DNA of 64,000 nucleotides from Patescibacteria group bacterium (GCA_041648575.1 JBAZOT010000001.1:31298-95297), one strand, 5' to 3'. Shown: positions 1-9,892, counted from the stretch's first letter. Made by a program: numbers and translations. The notes: generated by a model not told the origin, from the sequence alone.

Positions 1-1391
1 CCAGTTTCTAATAATGATAAGTCACCGACCAGTTTAGGTTCTAAAACCACGATTTGACGCAGCGCTCGCTGACCTAGTTGGTTAAGCGAATCAGAAAGTT
101 GTTGATACTCTTGTTTTTGATCTTTAGCTTTGCGTGGAAGTTGAGCTAACAATATTCGCGCTTCATCTAAAAGTTTTGCAGCTTTAGCGTCATCGTGATA
201 AATCAAAGATGCTTCAATGGCGCCGCGTTTTTCGGTTATATTATTGATAATCGTCTTATAGTTATTATTATCTGAACCTTGCAGGTTTATTCTACCAGAA
301 AGAACAATACTATAAGAAAAAATAAATACCAAAATTAACACGATTGTCCCTAATACACGATGAATCTGCACTGACGATCGGTATTGCTTGATAATTTTTT
401 CAAAACTAGATATTACATAATTTTTAAGTTCAGAACGACGCCAGGGGATATGAATATTAGTAATTATATTAATTATTTTTTTGGTTAGCCTAACCGTAGT
501 AGAATGTTCACTTTCTTCACTTATTACTGATTGAGATACCGGTTTTGACCGATTGTTATATTGGAAGCTAGCAATATTTTTTAGTGTTGGTAAAAGTCTA
601 ATAATTTTGGCTTTAATATGAAGAAAAAAATTCGGTTTTAAAATATTGGTGGTTCGTTTCGCTGATCTAATTAATTGATTTACTGAATCTTCAGTAGTAG
701 TAATATGTTGTGGCGTGGAAAGATTAAGGATAATTAAGCTTACCGGTGGTTGACGATCCATTTGAGTAATTAATTTTTCAATAATTTTCGTGGCGGAACC
801 AGGTGCAGCCGTACTAATAATTTGTCTTAGTTTATCAACAGAAAAATAATCCATTATTCCAGGGTTTGATAATAATAACGATTCTCCAAGCTTTAGATGG
901 CCGCTAATCAATTGCTGAAAAACTGGTTTTTTACTTATTACAGAATAATCATTATCATTTTGAATACTCGTTTTTACGATATTTGTAAAACGCGTTGTTG
1001 AGATAACAAATGCGCTAGCCGCACCAATCGTTGATACGCAAATTTCCGGATTTCTAAATAAGGCAATAGCCAAATGATAACGTGGCGCTTGGGGATTAAA
1101 AGGGAATGGTGATAGTAAGCGAGCTAATGTTTTATTCACCTCCATTAGAATATTTTCCATTATTTCTTCTGCTAACTCCAAACGGTGTGTTGTTTCGTAC
1201 CATAGACTATCAATACGTGAAAGTAATGCCGCTCCTACACCCTGGGCTGTGGCATAAGGCAGATCTAATTCCCCGACTAATAATAAATGTTCATTATCAC
1301 GCGACCAAACATTAGCCAAACTTGGGGTTTGCATGTTTTCTATCGCCAGCCGGGCTAATTTGATATTGATTATTATTTTTTTTTCACTCAT
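1..1391 (-). CDS. Partial CDS (C-terminus beyond window start): PP2C/SpoIIE-like phosphatase-like domain, then one TM helix and a C-terminal domain
   Basis: Hand translation of the reverse complement from the ATG at 1391 runs to position 1 with no stops. N-terminal region has PP2C-like blocks (…GESLLLSNPGIMDYFSVDKL… resembles the PP2C 'LLLCSDGLxDxVxDxEI' block); a hydrophobic segment VLGTIVLILVFIFSYSIVL follows. The metal-binding DG/SDG motifs look degenerate (SNPG), so it may be a pseudophosphatase. Not in the ORF track because it is incomplete. Confidence 0.45.
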   Translation of the reverse strand, partial: MSEKKIIINIKLARLAIENMQTPSLANVWSRDNEHLLLVGELDLPYATAQGVGAALLSRIDSLWYETTHRLELAEEIMENILMEVNKTLARLLSPFPFNPQAPRYHLAIALFRNPEICVSTIGAASAFVISTTRFTNIVKTSIQNDNDYSVISKKPVFQQLISGHLKLGESLLLSNPGIMDYFSVDKLRQIISTAAPGSATKIIEKLITQMDRQPPVSLIILNLSTPQHITTTEDSVNQLIRSAKRTTNILKPNFFLHIKAKIIRLLPTLKNIASFQYNNRSKPVSQSVISEESEHSTTVRLTKKIINIITNIHIPWRRSELKNYVISSFEKIIKQYRSSVQIHRVLGTIVLILVFIFSYSIVLSGRINLQGSDNNNYKTIINNITEKRGAIEASLIYHDDAKAAKLLDEARILLAQLPRKAKDQKQEYQQLSDSLNQLGQRALRQIVVLEPKLVGDLSLLET

Positions 1392-1564
1392 CGGATATAG
1401 TTATTAACAGATTATTATTCACCTAAATACCATACAAACACAGGAAGAATAACAAGGTAAATAATGAATAAGGTTTACTAATTGACTATATTTAAGTATA
1501 CTATAAGTCAGCGAGACTGAAAATAAGTTAATTTTTATATAAAAATAATAAATGCTAAATTTTT

Positions 1565-2131
1565 ATGCTTGAACAATTGTTTGGTTCACGAACCAGGGTA
1601 AAATTATTAAGACTATTTTTAATAAATCAGGATACTGCTTTTTATGTTAGGGAGATTACTAGAAAAATTGATGAGCAGTTGAATTCTGTTAGAAGGGAGT
1701 TGTCTAATTTATTATCTTTAGGGTTGGTAACTACGGTTAATCAGGGTGAAAAAAAATATTATCAGTTGAATAAAAACTTTGCTCTAGTTAAAGAGTTAAG
1801 TGATCTGCTACTTAAATCACAGATTTTATTAGAGCAGCATTTTATTAAGAACATGAAAGAAACTGGTAAGATTCGTTATTTACTATTAACCGGATCGTTT
1901 ACCGGATTAAAACAATCCCCCACAGATATTTTAATTGTTGGACAGGTAAATAAAGCTATGCTGGTTAATGCGATTGAAAAATTTCAGCGAGAGATAGGTC
2001 GTGAAATTAATTATACTTTACTGTCCACCAGAGATTATAATGAGCGACGTAGTTTGGGAGATAAATTCTTATTAACTGCGATGAATGGCCCCAAAGTAAT
2101 AGTGGTGGACGATATTACTACAGAAGAATAA
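1565..2131 (+). CDS. Winged-HTH transcriptional regulator with a degenerate nucleotidyltransferase-like C-terminal domain
   Basis: N-terminal ArsR-like wHTH pattern (RTRVKLLRLFLINQDTAFYVREITRKI). C-terminal GSFTGLKQSPTDILIVG resembles a minimal NTase GS…D motif but lacks DxD. Confidence 0.4.
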   Translation: MLEQLFGSRTRVKLLRLFLINQDTAFYVREITRKIDEQLNSVRRELSNLLSLGLVTTVNQGEKKYYQLNKNFALVKELSDLLLKSQILLEQHFIKNMKETGKIRYLLLTGSFTGLKQSPTDILIVGQVNKAMLVNAIEKFQREIGREINYTLLSTRDYNERRSLGDKFLLTAMNGPKVIVVDDITTEE

Positions 2132-2135
2132 ATTT

Positions 2136-3113
2136 ATGATTAATGTTTGTATTTTAAGTTCCCAACTACGCTGTCTAACAAATCCTCAGGAGTCAGAGCT
2201 TGTGTCGTTACTAAAAAAGGAGATAGTGTGGGTAGATCTTGAAATTAAAGAAAAAAAGGACGCAAAAATCTTAACTAGTATTTTTAATTTTCATCAACTT
2301 TCGGTTGCTGACTGTTTGGACGATGTCCATTATCCAAAAATAGAGCAATTTGCTGATTATTTGTTTGTGATTTTACATACAGTGGAATCCTTAAAAGGAG
2401 TAACTTATAAGACGAGTGAAGTTGATTTTTTTATTCAGCCCAAATGTTTAATCACTGTTCATCGTGGTTCAGCCGATACTTTAGCTACTATTAGAAAGCA
2501 TTTTTTAATGGGTGGTTTACCAGCCGCAGTGAAGCCAGATTTATTATTTCATGTGATAGCTAGCAAATATGTAGATGAATATTTTCCAGTTTTAGAAATG
2601 TTAGACACCGAGATCGACACCATTGAAGACTCTGTTTTTAAGGGCAAAATACCAACTACCCATGGCGCAGTCGGTTTAACTGGATCAATATTGCAGGTAA
2701 AAAAGAGTATTACGGGCTTAAAGCGTCTATTGACACCCCAACGGGACATTTTTAATCAGCTTAGTCGTAATGAATTTATTCAAATATCAAAAACTACTGC
2801 AGTATATTTCCGTGATATTTATGATCGCTTATTTAGAATAACTGAGATGTTGGATTCGTTTCGGGATATTTTATCATCAACTTTAGAAGCATATTTGTCT
2901 GTGGTTTCAAACAAATTGAATGAAGTTATGAAGGTACTTACTGTGGTAACTGTTATTTTATTGCCATTAACGTTAATTGCTGGAATATATGGTATGAATT
3001 TTCGTTATATGCCAGAATTATACAGTGTCTGGGGATATCCATCTGCATTATTATTAATGGTATTAGTGACGTTGTCTTTGATTTGGTATTTTAAACGCCG
3101 GCATTGGTTGTAG
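2136..3113 (+). CDS. corA: Magnesium/cobalt transporter CorA
   Basis: C-terminal two TM helices with the signature YGMNF motif (IAGIYGMNFRYMPEL); 325 aa, typical CorA length. Confidence 0.85.
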   Translation: MINVCILSSQLRCLTNPQESELVSLLKKEIVWVDLEIKEKKDAKILTSIFNFHQLSVADCLDDVHYPKIEQFADYLFVILHTVESLKGVTYKTSEVDFFIQPKCLITVHRGSADTLATIRKHFLMGGLPAAVKPDLLFHVIASKYVDEYFPVLEMLDTEIDTIEDSVFKGKIPTTHGAVGLTGSILQVKKSITGLKRLLTPQRDIFNQLSRNEFIQISKTTAVYFRDIYDRLFRITEMLDSFRDILSSTLEAYLSVVSNKLNEVMKVLTVVTVILLPLTLIAGIYGMNFRYMPELYSVWGYPSALLLMVLVTLSLIWYFKRRHWL

Positions 3114-3280
3114 TATGATGTTAAATCTTCGTTCGTTGTTTATTGCTTTAGCGGCAGTACTATGGAGTACTGACGCTCTTTTTAGTAAACCCTTAACCCA
3201 AGATTTATCAGCACTGTCAATTGTTTTTTCTGAGCATTTATTAGCCTTAGTGTTTGTGGTACCGATACTGGAATAACTAT

Positions 3281-3682
3281 ATGGCGAAAAAATCCAATTT
3301 CTTAATTGAGAAAAAAGATATTAATTCAGGATATTTATATATCGATGCAGTATCTAGTCACGATTTGCATTTAATGTTATTTAATAAGCATCGAATATTA
3401 AAACAAGTGAGGACAAAGCAGGGCGCTAATACAGAAAAATTCTTATCTATCTTAAATAATTTTCTAGTAGCTGATAAATCAATTTCAATTGGAGGTATGG
3501 TAATTGCGCAAGGGCAGGGGAGTTATTGTCAGAATCGAATAGTAACTGCCATAGCCAATACCTTGGCTTATGTTTGGCAAATATCAGTGGCTCGTATTGA
3601 TATTAAAAAAAATAATCAGGTGTTTACTCATTTATCTCGAGTAAGATTTTCTCAATCTACCAATTCAATCTATTATAATTAA
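3281..3682 (+). CDS. tsaB: TsaB/YeaZ-like protein (inactive Kae1/TsaD paralog), short
   Basis: GMVIAQGQGSYCQNRIVTAIANTLAYVWQI matches the TsaB 'GPGSFTGLRIG…A..LA' block. Likely start is ATG at 3281 (MAKKSNF…) rather than the listed 3254. Confidence 0.45.
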   Translation: MAKKSNFLIEKKDINSGYLYIDAVSSHDLHLMLFNKHRILKQVRTKQGANTEKFLSILNNFLVADKSISIGGMVIAQGQGSYCQNRIVTAIANTLAYVWQISVARIDIKKNNQVFTHLSRVRFSQSTNSIYYN

Positions 3683-3731
3683 TAATACAAATTCAATTTT
3701 TTAAAGGGTAAATATACTGTTTTGTGGTTTT

Positions 3732-3761
3732 ATTACTAGCTTGACAAGCTAGTAATTTTTG
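3732..3761 (+). terminator. Perfect 25-bp palindrome ATTACTAGCTTG-A-CAAGCTAGTAAT followed by TTTTT; intrinsic terminator after the tsaB-like gene (could also act as an operator)
   Basis: Seen directly: 12-bp perfect arms, T5 tract at 3756-3760. Confidence 0.6.
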
Positions 3762-3789
3762 TATCTTATTCGAGATATTAACACATTAA

Positions 3790-3818
3790 TTGACAGTTGT
3801 ATTATTGTGGTGTAAAAT
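3790..3818 (+). promoter_or_regulatory. Sigma70-type promoter for the mraZ operon: -35 TTGACA (3790-3795), 17-bp spacer, -10 TAAAAT (3813-3818)
   Basis: Consensus -35 with exact 17-nt spacer and a 5/6 -10 hexamer, ~100 bp upstream of the mraZ start. Confidence 0.55.
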
Positions 3819-3824
3819 GGAGTA

Positions 3825-3880
3825 GTGGTGGTATAAAGTGGATAAAAGTGGGGATAAGTTTAATCAAACGTGGATAAGTT
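3825..3880 (+). promoter_or_regulatory. MraZ operator: direct repeats GTGG(t)/GTGG(a)/GTGGGG at exact 10-bp period (3828, 3838, 3848) plus a fourth GTGGATAAG at 3870
   Basis: Established: MraZ autorepresses by binding direct GTGGG-type repeats spaced one helical turn apart in its own promoter. Seen: three GTGG repeats at 10-bp spacing immediately downstream of the -10. Confidence 0.6.
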
Positions 3881-3920
3881 AGTTTATTAAGACACAAACA
3901 TTGACTTTTCAACAAATTTT

Positions 3921-4352
3921 ATGTTTATTGGTGAATACCAACATAGCATTGATAATAAAGGCCGTTTGCAAATTCCTGCTAAATTACGCCAAGAATTAGG
4001 TAAAGGAGCTGTAGTAACGCGGGGGATTGATAATTGTTTATTCCTTTATACTAAAAAAGCATGGTTGAGTTTGGCGGAAAAGCTTTCCAAGTTGCCTATT
4101 GGCAAAGCTTCTACTCGCGCTTTTGCTAGATTGATGTTGGCTGGGGCAATGGATGTGGATATTGATAATCAGGGAAGAATGTTGGTCCCTGATTTTTTGC
4201 GCGATTATGCGGCTTTGAAAAAAACAGTGGTAATTGCTGGATTATATAGTCGTTTGGAAATTTGGGATAAAACAGAATGGCAAAAGTATAAACAGGGAAC
4301 GGAAAAGAGTAGTGTAGCGATTGCCGAGACATTGGGTGACTTGGGTGTATAA
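3921..4352 (+). CDS. mraZ: Transcriptional regulator MraZ
   Basis: Duplicated MraZ domain with DxxGR motifs (IDNKGRLQIP… / DNQGRMLVP); first gene of the dcw cluster. Confidence 0.9.
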   Translation: MFIGEYQHSIDNKGRLQIPAKLRQELGKGAVVTRGIDNCLFLYTKKAWLSLAEKLSKLPIGKASTRAFARLMLAGAMDVDIDNQGRMLVPDFLRDYAALKKTVVIAGLYSRLEIWDKTEWQKYKQGTEKSSVAIAETLGDLGV

Positions 4353-4354
4353 AA

Positions 4355-5284
4355 ATGAATACTAAGCATCAGCCCGTTCTTTACACAGAGGCTCTGCAAT
4401 TATTAAAACTTGAAGCCAATGATAATGTTATCGACTGCACAGTTGGGGGAGCTGGTCATAGCGAAGGAATCTTGAAAGCCATAGCGCCCAGAGGAAAACT
4501 ATTGGGATTTGATGCCGACCCTAAGGCCATAAAATTAGTTGAAAAAAAATTAGATCAATATAAAAATCGAGTTACCTTAATTAATTCATCGTTTAGTAAA
4601 TTAGAATATTATGTGGGTCGCTATAATTTTAAGCCTGTGGTTGCCATCCTTTTGGACCTTGGTTGGTCAACCGACCAATTGGTCAATAATAATAGAGGAT
4701 TTTCTTACCAAACAAACGGGTATCTAGACTTACGTTATAATTCGGCTCAAGGTAGAACAGCGGCTGATATCTTAAATCAGGAAACAGAAAAAAATTTACA
4801 ATTGATTTTTAAAAATTACGCTGACGAGCGATTTGCTTTGCCGCTGGCTCGGGCAATAATCCAACAACGGAAAAAGAAGAAATTTGACCGCACTCAAGAC
4901 TTATTGGACGTTATTTATCAAATTAAAAAAGTGAAACGCGGTCAACTGCATCCGGCAACAAAAATTTGGCAAGCATTAAGAATCGCCGTCAATGATGAAT
5001 TTGAAGAGTTAAGGAAAACAATGCCTCAGGCCCTCAATGTCTTAAAGAAACACGGTAGGCTAGCTATTATCAGTTTTCATTCGGGAGAGGATAGAATAAT
5101 TAAAAATTTTATTAAAACTGAGTCAAGAGATTGTCTTTGCTCACCAGAAGTACCCGTTTGCCGCTGCCAGCATCAAGCAAGTTTACGACTAATAACCCGT
5201 AAAGCAATCAAACCTACTTTAAAAGAAATAATAATTAATCCTAGTTCGCATAGCGCTCACTTGCGAATAATGGAAAAAATATAA
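4355..5284 (+). CDS. rsmH: 16S rRNA (cytosine1402-N4)-methyltransferase RsmH (MraW)
   Basis: HQPVL…DCTVGGAGHSEGIL SAM-binding motif; position after mraZ. Confidence 0.9.
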   Translation: MNTKHQPVLYTEALQLLKLEANDNVIDCTVGGAGHSEGILKAIAPRGKLLGFDADPKAIKLVEKKLDQYKNRVTLINSSFSKLEYYVGRYNFKPVVAILLDLGWSTDQLVNNNRGFSYQTNGYLDLRYNSAQGRTAADILNQETEKNLQLIFKNYADERFALPLARAIIQQRKKKKFDRTQDLLDVIYQIKKVKRGQLHPATKIWQALRIAVNDEFEELRKTMPQALNVLKKHGRLAIISFHSGEDRIIKNFIKTESRDCLCSPEVPVCRCQHQASLRLITRKAIKPTLKEIIINPSSHSAHLRIMEKI

Positions 5285-5293
5285 AACAAAAAT

Positions 5294-5635
5294 ATGCCAT
5301 CATATCTAATTAATTCACCTAAAGCCAATTCACAGGTTGATCAAAAAAAAGTTAGCCGAGTTTTAAGCATATCATTATTAACTTCTTTTATAATTCTTTT
5401 AATTGCTTATGTTGTTGAAACTAATGAGTTAGCAACTAAAGGGTATGAAATTAGGGCCTTAGAACAGCAGGTAGAAGCATTAGAGCAAAGTTACGAAGAA
5501 TATGAACTTAAAGCCGGTGAATTGCAGGCCCTTAATAATATGAATAATTTGCAAATAAAGGATTTTGTAGCAGTGGAAAAAGTTGAATATCTAAGTACTA
5601 TACCAACATCTAGTGGAGTAGCGGTTAACCAATAA
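5294..5635 (+). CDS. ftsL: Cell division protein FtsL-like (single TM plus coiled coil)
   Basis: Small bitopic protein with a heptad-like LEQQVEALEQSYEEYELKAGELQALNN, located between rsmH and ftsI as in dcw clusters. Confidence 0.55.
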   Translation: MPSYLINSPKANSQVDQKKVSRVLSISLLTSFIILLIAYVVETNELATKGYEIRALEQQVEALEQSYEEYELKAGELQALNNMNNLQIKDFVAVEKVEYLSTIPTSSGVAVNQ

Positions 5636-5641
5636 TTTTTT

Positions 5642-7393
5642 ATGAATAGCACTGGAACCGGAAACGGAAACGGGAATTTTTTATATAGAAGACTGGCATT
5701 TATTAAGCTAGTTTTTTTGATTATAATTTTTATAGTAATAGTTAGATTATTTGATTTACAAATATTAAATCATGCATGGTATGAAGCATTAGCATCAGGT
5801 CAACACGATGTCTTATCTGAATTAATCCCCAAACGAGGTCAAATATACATTCAAGATAAATATGCAGCCAGCGGCAGAATAATGGCAGCGGTAAATCGAG
5901 ACGCTACGTTACTTTATGCAGTTCCGGAAGAAATTACCGATGTAGATCAGGTGGCGGAAAAACTTAGTCCGTTAATTGATATGGATGTTGAACAGCTAAA
6001 ATTATTAATTAATAAACCAGGAGATCCGTATGAACCGCTACTACATCAAGTACCTGAAGAATTAGTAAAAAATATAAATCAGTTACAACTTGCTGGAATT
6101 AAGTTTACCACTGAAACTATGAGATATTATGCCCCAATTCCAGATCTAGGACAGGTTACGGGTTTTTTAGGTTATAATGAGAATTTAAGGCAAGGGCAAT
6201 ATGGGATAGAGGGTTTTTGGGAAAAAACGCTCGCAGGTAAACAAGGAAGTCTCCGAGCGGAAAAAGATGTGGCGGGAAGTTTAATTGCATTGGGTAAACG
6301 CGATATAATTTCAGCTATTAACGGATCAGACATTGTGTTGACTATAGATTATAATATTCAGTTAGATGCTTGTACTGAATTAGAAAAGGCTGTTAAAAAA
6401 CACGGAGCTGATAGTGGTAGTTTAATAATTATGGATCCGAAAAGTGGAGCTATTAAGGCACTTTGTAATGCGCCAAATTTTGACCCGAATAATTATGGAG
6501 AGGTAGAAAATATTAAATTTTTCACTAATCCAGTTATTTCACATCCTTATGAACCAGGATCGGTATTCAAGCCAATAACTATAGCAGCCGCTTTGCACTC
6601 TGGCGCAGTAACTCCGGAAACTATTTATGAAGATACTGGACAAGTAGTTATCGGTTCAAAGGTAATAAAAAATTCTGATGAACAAGCTCACGGGCAACAA
6701 ACTATGATAAGCGTATTAGAAAAGTCATTAAATACCGGTGCAATTTTTGCCATGCGCCAGGCAGGTGCAGAAAATTTTCAAAAAATGGTAGTTAATTTTG
6801 GCTTTGGTTCTTTATTTAATATTGAATTACCAACCGAGTCAACCGGTGACATTCGGTCAATTTATGAAAATAATGAAATATATTTAGCTACGGCATCTTT
6901 TGGGCAAGGTATATCAGTTACACCATTACAGTTAATTACGGCTTATAGTGCCATTGCTAATCGGGGTATTTTAATGAGACCTTATATTGTAAAAGAAATT
7001 ATAGCCCCAGATGGTCGTAGTGAAATAACGTCAGTACAAGAAATTAGGGCAGTTTTAACACCCATGGAAGCGCGTACTTTAGCAGGCATGATGGTTCAAG
7101 TGGTGGAGGAAGGGCATGGCAAGCGTGCAGGAGTGCCTGGATATTATGTTGCTGGTAAAACCGGTACCGCGCAAGTACCATTACAGAATAAGGCTGGTTA
7201 TGATCCTGATAAAACCATTGGTACATTCGTTGGTTTTGCTCCGGTTGATGATCCCATTTTTGTTATGTTGGTTAAAATTGATAATCCAAAAGATGTCACT
7301 TTTGCTGAAAGTACCGCGGCACCGTTGTTTGGTCGAGTAGCTAAATTCTTGTTAGACTATTATCAGGTGCCTCCAGAGCGTGAGATAAAATAG
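5642..7393 (+). CDS. ftsI: Penicillin-binding protein / peptidoglycan D,D-transpeptidase FtsI
   Basis: N-terminal TM, PBP dimerisation region, transpeptidase motifs (SxxK context …GSVFKP…, SxN, KTGT: AGKTGTAQ). Confidence 0.85.
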   Translation: MNSTGTGNGNGNFLYRRLAFIKLVFLIIIFIVIVRLFDLQILNHAWYEALASGQHDVLSELIPKRGQIYIQDKYAASGRIMAAVNRDATLLYAVPEEITDVDQVAEKLSPLIDMDVEQLKLLINKPGDPYEPLLHQVPEELVKNINQLQLAGIKFTTETMRYYAPIPDLGQVTGFLGYNENLRQGQYGIEGFWEKTLAGKQGSLRAEKDVAGSLIALGKRDIISAINGSDIVLTIDYNIQLDACTELEKAVKKHGADSGSLIIMDPKSGAIKALCNAPNFDPNNYGEVENIKFFTNPVISHPYEPGSVFKPITIAAALHSGAVTPETIYEDTGQVVIGSKVIKNSDEQAHGQQTMISVLEKSLNTGAIFAMRQAGAENFQKMVVNFGFGSLFNIELPTESTGDIRSIYENNEIYLATASFGQGISVTPLQLITAYSAIANRGILMRPYIVKEIIAPDGRSEITSVQEIRAVLTPMEARTLAGMMVQVVEEGHGKRAGVPGYYVAGKTGTAQVPLQNKAGYDPDKTIGTFVGFAPVDDPIFVMLVKIDNPKDVTFAESTAAPLFGRVAKFLLDYYQVPPEREIK

Positions 7394-7399
7394 TTAATT

Positions 7400-8683
7400 A
7401 TGAAGAAAATCATACAATTTATACTTAAAGTTTTGGCTAGATCCACAATTACTAGGTATCAACCAAGGGTAGTGGGAATTACTGGGTCGGTGGGCAAAAC
7501 CTCAACTAAGGAGGCTATAGCTGCTATTTTGGCTTTAAGATATTCTGTTGGGCAAACGAATAAGAATTTTAATAATGAAATTGGTCTGCCCCTGACAATT
7601 ATCGGTGCTAAGAATTCTGGATATAGAAATCCGATTACTTGGTTGATAATTTTTGTTAGGGCTTTATGGCAAATTATTGTCAAGAATAATAAATATCCTG
7701 AATTTTTAATATTGGAAATGGGTATTGATCACAAAGGCGATATGGATTATTTACTTTCAATTGTTCAGCCCGAAGCTGGAGTGTTAACCGCAGTGTCCGA
7801 AGTTCATTTGGAATTTTTAGGTAGTATTGATAACGTGGTTTACGAAAAGGGAAAGTTGTTACGGTCGTTGCCTAAGCAGGGTATTGCAGTAATAAATTGC
7901 GAAGATCAACGCTTATTAACATTGTTAGATAAAATTAAGGCGAAGATCATAACTTTCGGTTTTTCCAATCAAGCACAAGTTTGGGCTGATGGTATTCAAA
8001 TGTCCAAAAATAACAACAACGAGGTGCAGGGTTTGAGTTTTAAATTGCATTATGGTGGGGGAGTAACGCCATTATTGTTGCCGCAGGTTTTAGGCAGACA
8101 TCAAATTAATATTGCACTAGCTGCGGCGGCAATTGGTTTGGGTTTAGAGTTTACTGCTGTTGATGTATCTTCAGCGCTAAGAAATTTTACTTTTCCGCCA
8201 GGCAGAATGAAATTAATACCAGGAGTTAAGAATACAAAAGTTATTGACGATAGTTATAATTCTTCACCTTTAGCTTTAAAAGAAGCACTTAAAACTTTAG
8301 CTGATTTTCCGCTTAATGGGCAAGCAAAGCGCTGGGCAATCTTAGGTGACATGTTGGAATTAGGGGCTGATAGTATTAAGTTGCACCGCGAATGTGGTGA
8401 ATTGGTTGCTAATTTAGGAATTGATTATTTAATGACAGTAGGTGAGCAATCCAGAGATCTTGGTAGGGGCGCGGGAGCGAGCGGGTTTGGGCGTGATAAT
8501 TATGTTCATTTTGCCACTGCTCAAGAAGCAGCCCTGTTTGTTAAAGATAAATTGTGTGAGGGAGATGTATTGTTAATTAAAGGTTCGCAAGGGATTCGTA
8601 TGGAACGGGCGGTTAAAGAACTAATGGCCGATCCTACCAAAGCAAATGATTTATTAGTACGACAATATAAACCTTGGATTTAA
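7400..8683 (+). CDS. murF: UDP-N-acetylmuramoyl-tripeptide--D-alanyl-D-alanine ligase MurF
   Basis: Mur ligase P-loop ITGSVGKTSTKE; middle and C-terminal Mur ligase domains. Follows ftsI directly, so murE is absent here. Confidence 0.85.
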   Translation: MKKIIQFILKVLARSTITRYQPRVVGITGSVGKTSTKEAIAAILALRYSVGQTNKNFNNEIGLPLTIIGAKNSGYRNPITWLIIFVRALWQIIVKNNKYPEFLILEMGIDHKGDMDYLLSIVQPEAGVLTAVSEVHLEFLGSIDNVVYEKGKLLRSLPKQGIAVINCEDQRLLTLLDKIKAKIITFGFSNQAQVWADGIQMSKNNNNEVQGLSFKLHYGGGVTPLLLPQVLGRHQINIALAAAAIGLGLEFTAVDVSSALRNFTFPPGRMKLIPGVKNTKVIDDSYNSSPLALKEALKTLADFPLNGQAKRWAILGDMLELGADSIKLHRECGELVANLGIDYLMTVGEQSRDLGRGAGASGFGRDNYVHFATAQEAALFVKDKLCEGDVLLIKGSQGIRMERAVKELMADPTKANDLLVRQYKPWI

Positions 8684-8695
8684 TATTTTAAAGCT

Positions 8696-9643
8696 ATGTC
8701 AAAAATTTTAATCACTGGAGCTTTTGGACAAATTGGTAGTGAATTAGTTCCAGTACTTCAGCAAAAATATGGATTGGATAATGTTATCGCTGCTGGTCAC
8801 AGCAATTTACCCGAAAAATTTGTCGGAATATCGGAAAAAATATCAATTTCCGATACTAGTTCATTGAATGATGTAATAAAAAAATACAACATTGATACTA
8901 TTTATCATTTAGCATCATTCCTTTCGGCTAAGTGTGAGCGTGATCCGGATTTAGCTTGGCAAGTGAATATGGGTGGTCTAAAAAATATTTTAGACCTTGC
9001 ACGTGATAAAAAGTTAAAGGTTTTTTGGCCCAGTTCAATAGGAGCGTTTGGACCAACTACACCAAAAATTAATACACCTCAGCATACAATTATGGAGCCC
9101 ACAACAATTTATGGCGTTACCAAACTGGCTGGCGAATTATTATGTCAGTATTATTTTTTGAAATACGGCGTCGATGTTAGGAGTGTACGCTATCCTGGTA
9201 TTATCACGTATAAAACAGAGCCGTCTGACGGAACAACAGAATATTCTATAACAATGTTATATGAGGCAGCTAAAGGGGTTAAAGTTTTTAGTTGTTTTTT
9301 AACTGACAATACCTTATTGCCAATGATGTATATTGATGATGCTATTTGGGCGACAATTGCCTTAATGGATGCACCAGCAGAAAATATAAAAATTAGAACC
9401 AGTTATAATTTAGCTGCTATTAGTTTTTCACCCAAAGAATTATTACAGGAAATAAATAAATATATTCCGGATTTTGTTTGTGAATATAAGCCAGATTTTC
9501 ATCAAGCTATTGCTGATTCCTGGCCAAAGACTATTAATGATAATGAGGCCAGAGAGCAATGGGGTTGGGGTCATCAATATGATTTAACCAAAATGACCAA
9601 ATTGATTTTGGATAAATTAAGGGAAAAATTTGGGAAGTCTTGA
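8696..9643 (+). CDS. tdh: NAD-dependent epimerase/dehydratase-family L-threonine 3-dehydrogenase
   Basis: ILITGAFGQIGSEL Rossmann motif, YxxxK (YGVTKLAGE), and GVDVRSVRYPGII / IADSWP blocks characteristic of the short-chain UDP-Gal-epimerase-like TDH family (recalled from memory, not searched). Confidence 0.65.
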   Translation: MSKILITGAFGQIGSELVPVLQQKYGLDNVIAAGHSNLPEKFVGISEKISISDTSSLNDVIKKYNIDTIYHLASFLSAKCERDPDLAWQVNMGGLKNILDLARDKKLKVFWPSSIGAFGPTTPKINTPQHTIMEPTTIYGVTKLAGELLCQYYFLKYGVDVRSVRYPGIITYKTEPSDGTTEYSITMLYEAAKGVKVFSCFLTDNTLLPMMYIDDAIWATIALMDAPAENIKIRTSYNLAAISFSPKELLQEINKYIPDFVCEYKPDFHQAIADSWPKTINDNEAREQWGWGHQYDLTKMTKLILDKLREKFGKS

Positions 9644-9702
9644 AACTATTGACTAAAATAGATTTTTAACGTATTTTTTATTAACTGTTAGTAATATATA
9701 TA

Positions 9703-9762
9703 AGACGCTATCGTCTAGTGGTTGGTCTGCTAGATGCAGATCCTCCTCCGGAGGAGACAACT
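9703..9762 (+). other. tRNA-Glu-like 5' fragment (TATCGTCTAGTGGTTGG resembles the D-arm of the adjacent tRNA-Glu) followed by a GC hairpin CTCCTCC/GGAGGAG; not a foldable tRNA
   Basis: Sequence similarity to the D-arm of the tRNA at 9806-9880. No T-arm, D-stem does not pair. Confidence 0.25.
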
Positions 9763-9805
9763 AAAGTAAGAAATATTTTGGTGTTATTAAAATGAACTAT
9801 CCCAT

Positions 9806-9880
9806 GGCGCATTCGTCTAGTGGCTAGGACACATGGTTCTCATCCATGCAACAGGGGTTCGATTCCCCTATGCGCTACCA
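9806..9880 (+). tRNA. tRNA-Glu (anticodon CUC), CCA encoded
   Basis: Cloverleaf folds by hand: acceptor GGCGCAT/ATGCGCT, D-arm TCGTCTAGTGGCTAGGAC, anticodon stem CATGG/CCATG with loop TTCTCAT, T-arm GGGGTTCGATTCCCC, discriminator A, CCA. Closely parallels E. coli tRNA-Glu. Confidence 0.85.
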
Positions 9881-9892
9881 GTATCATTTATG

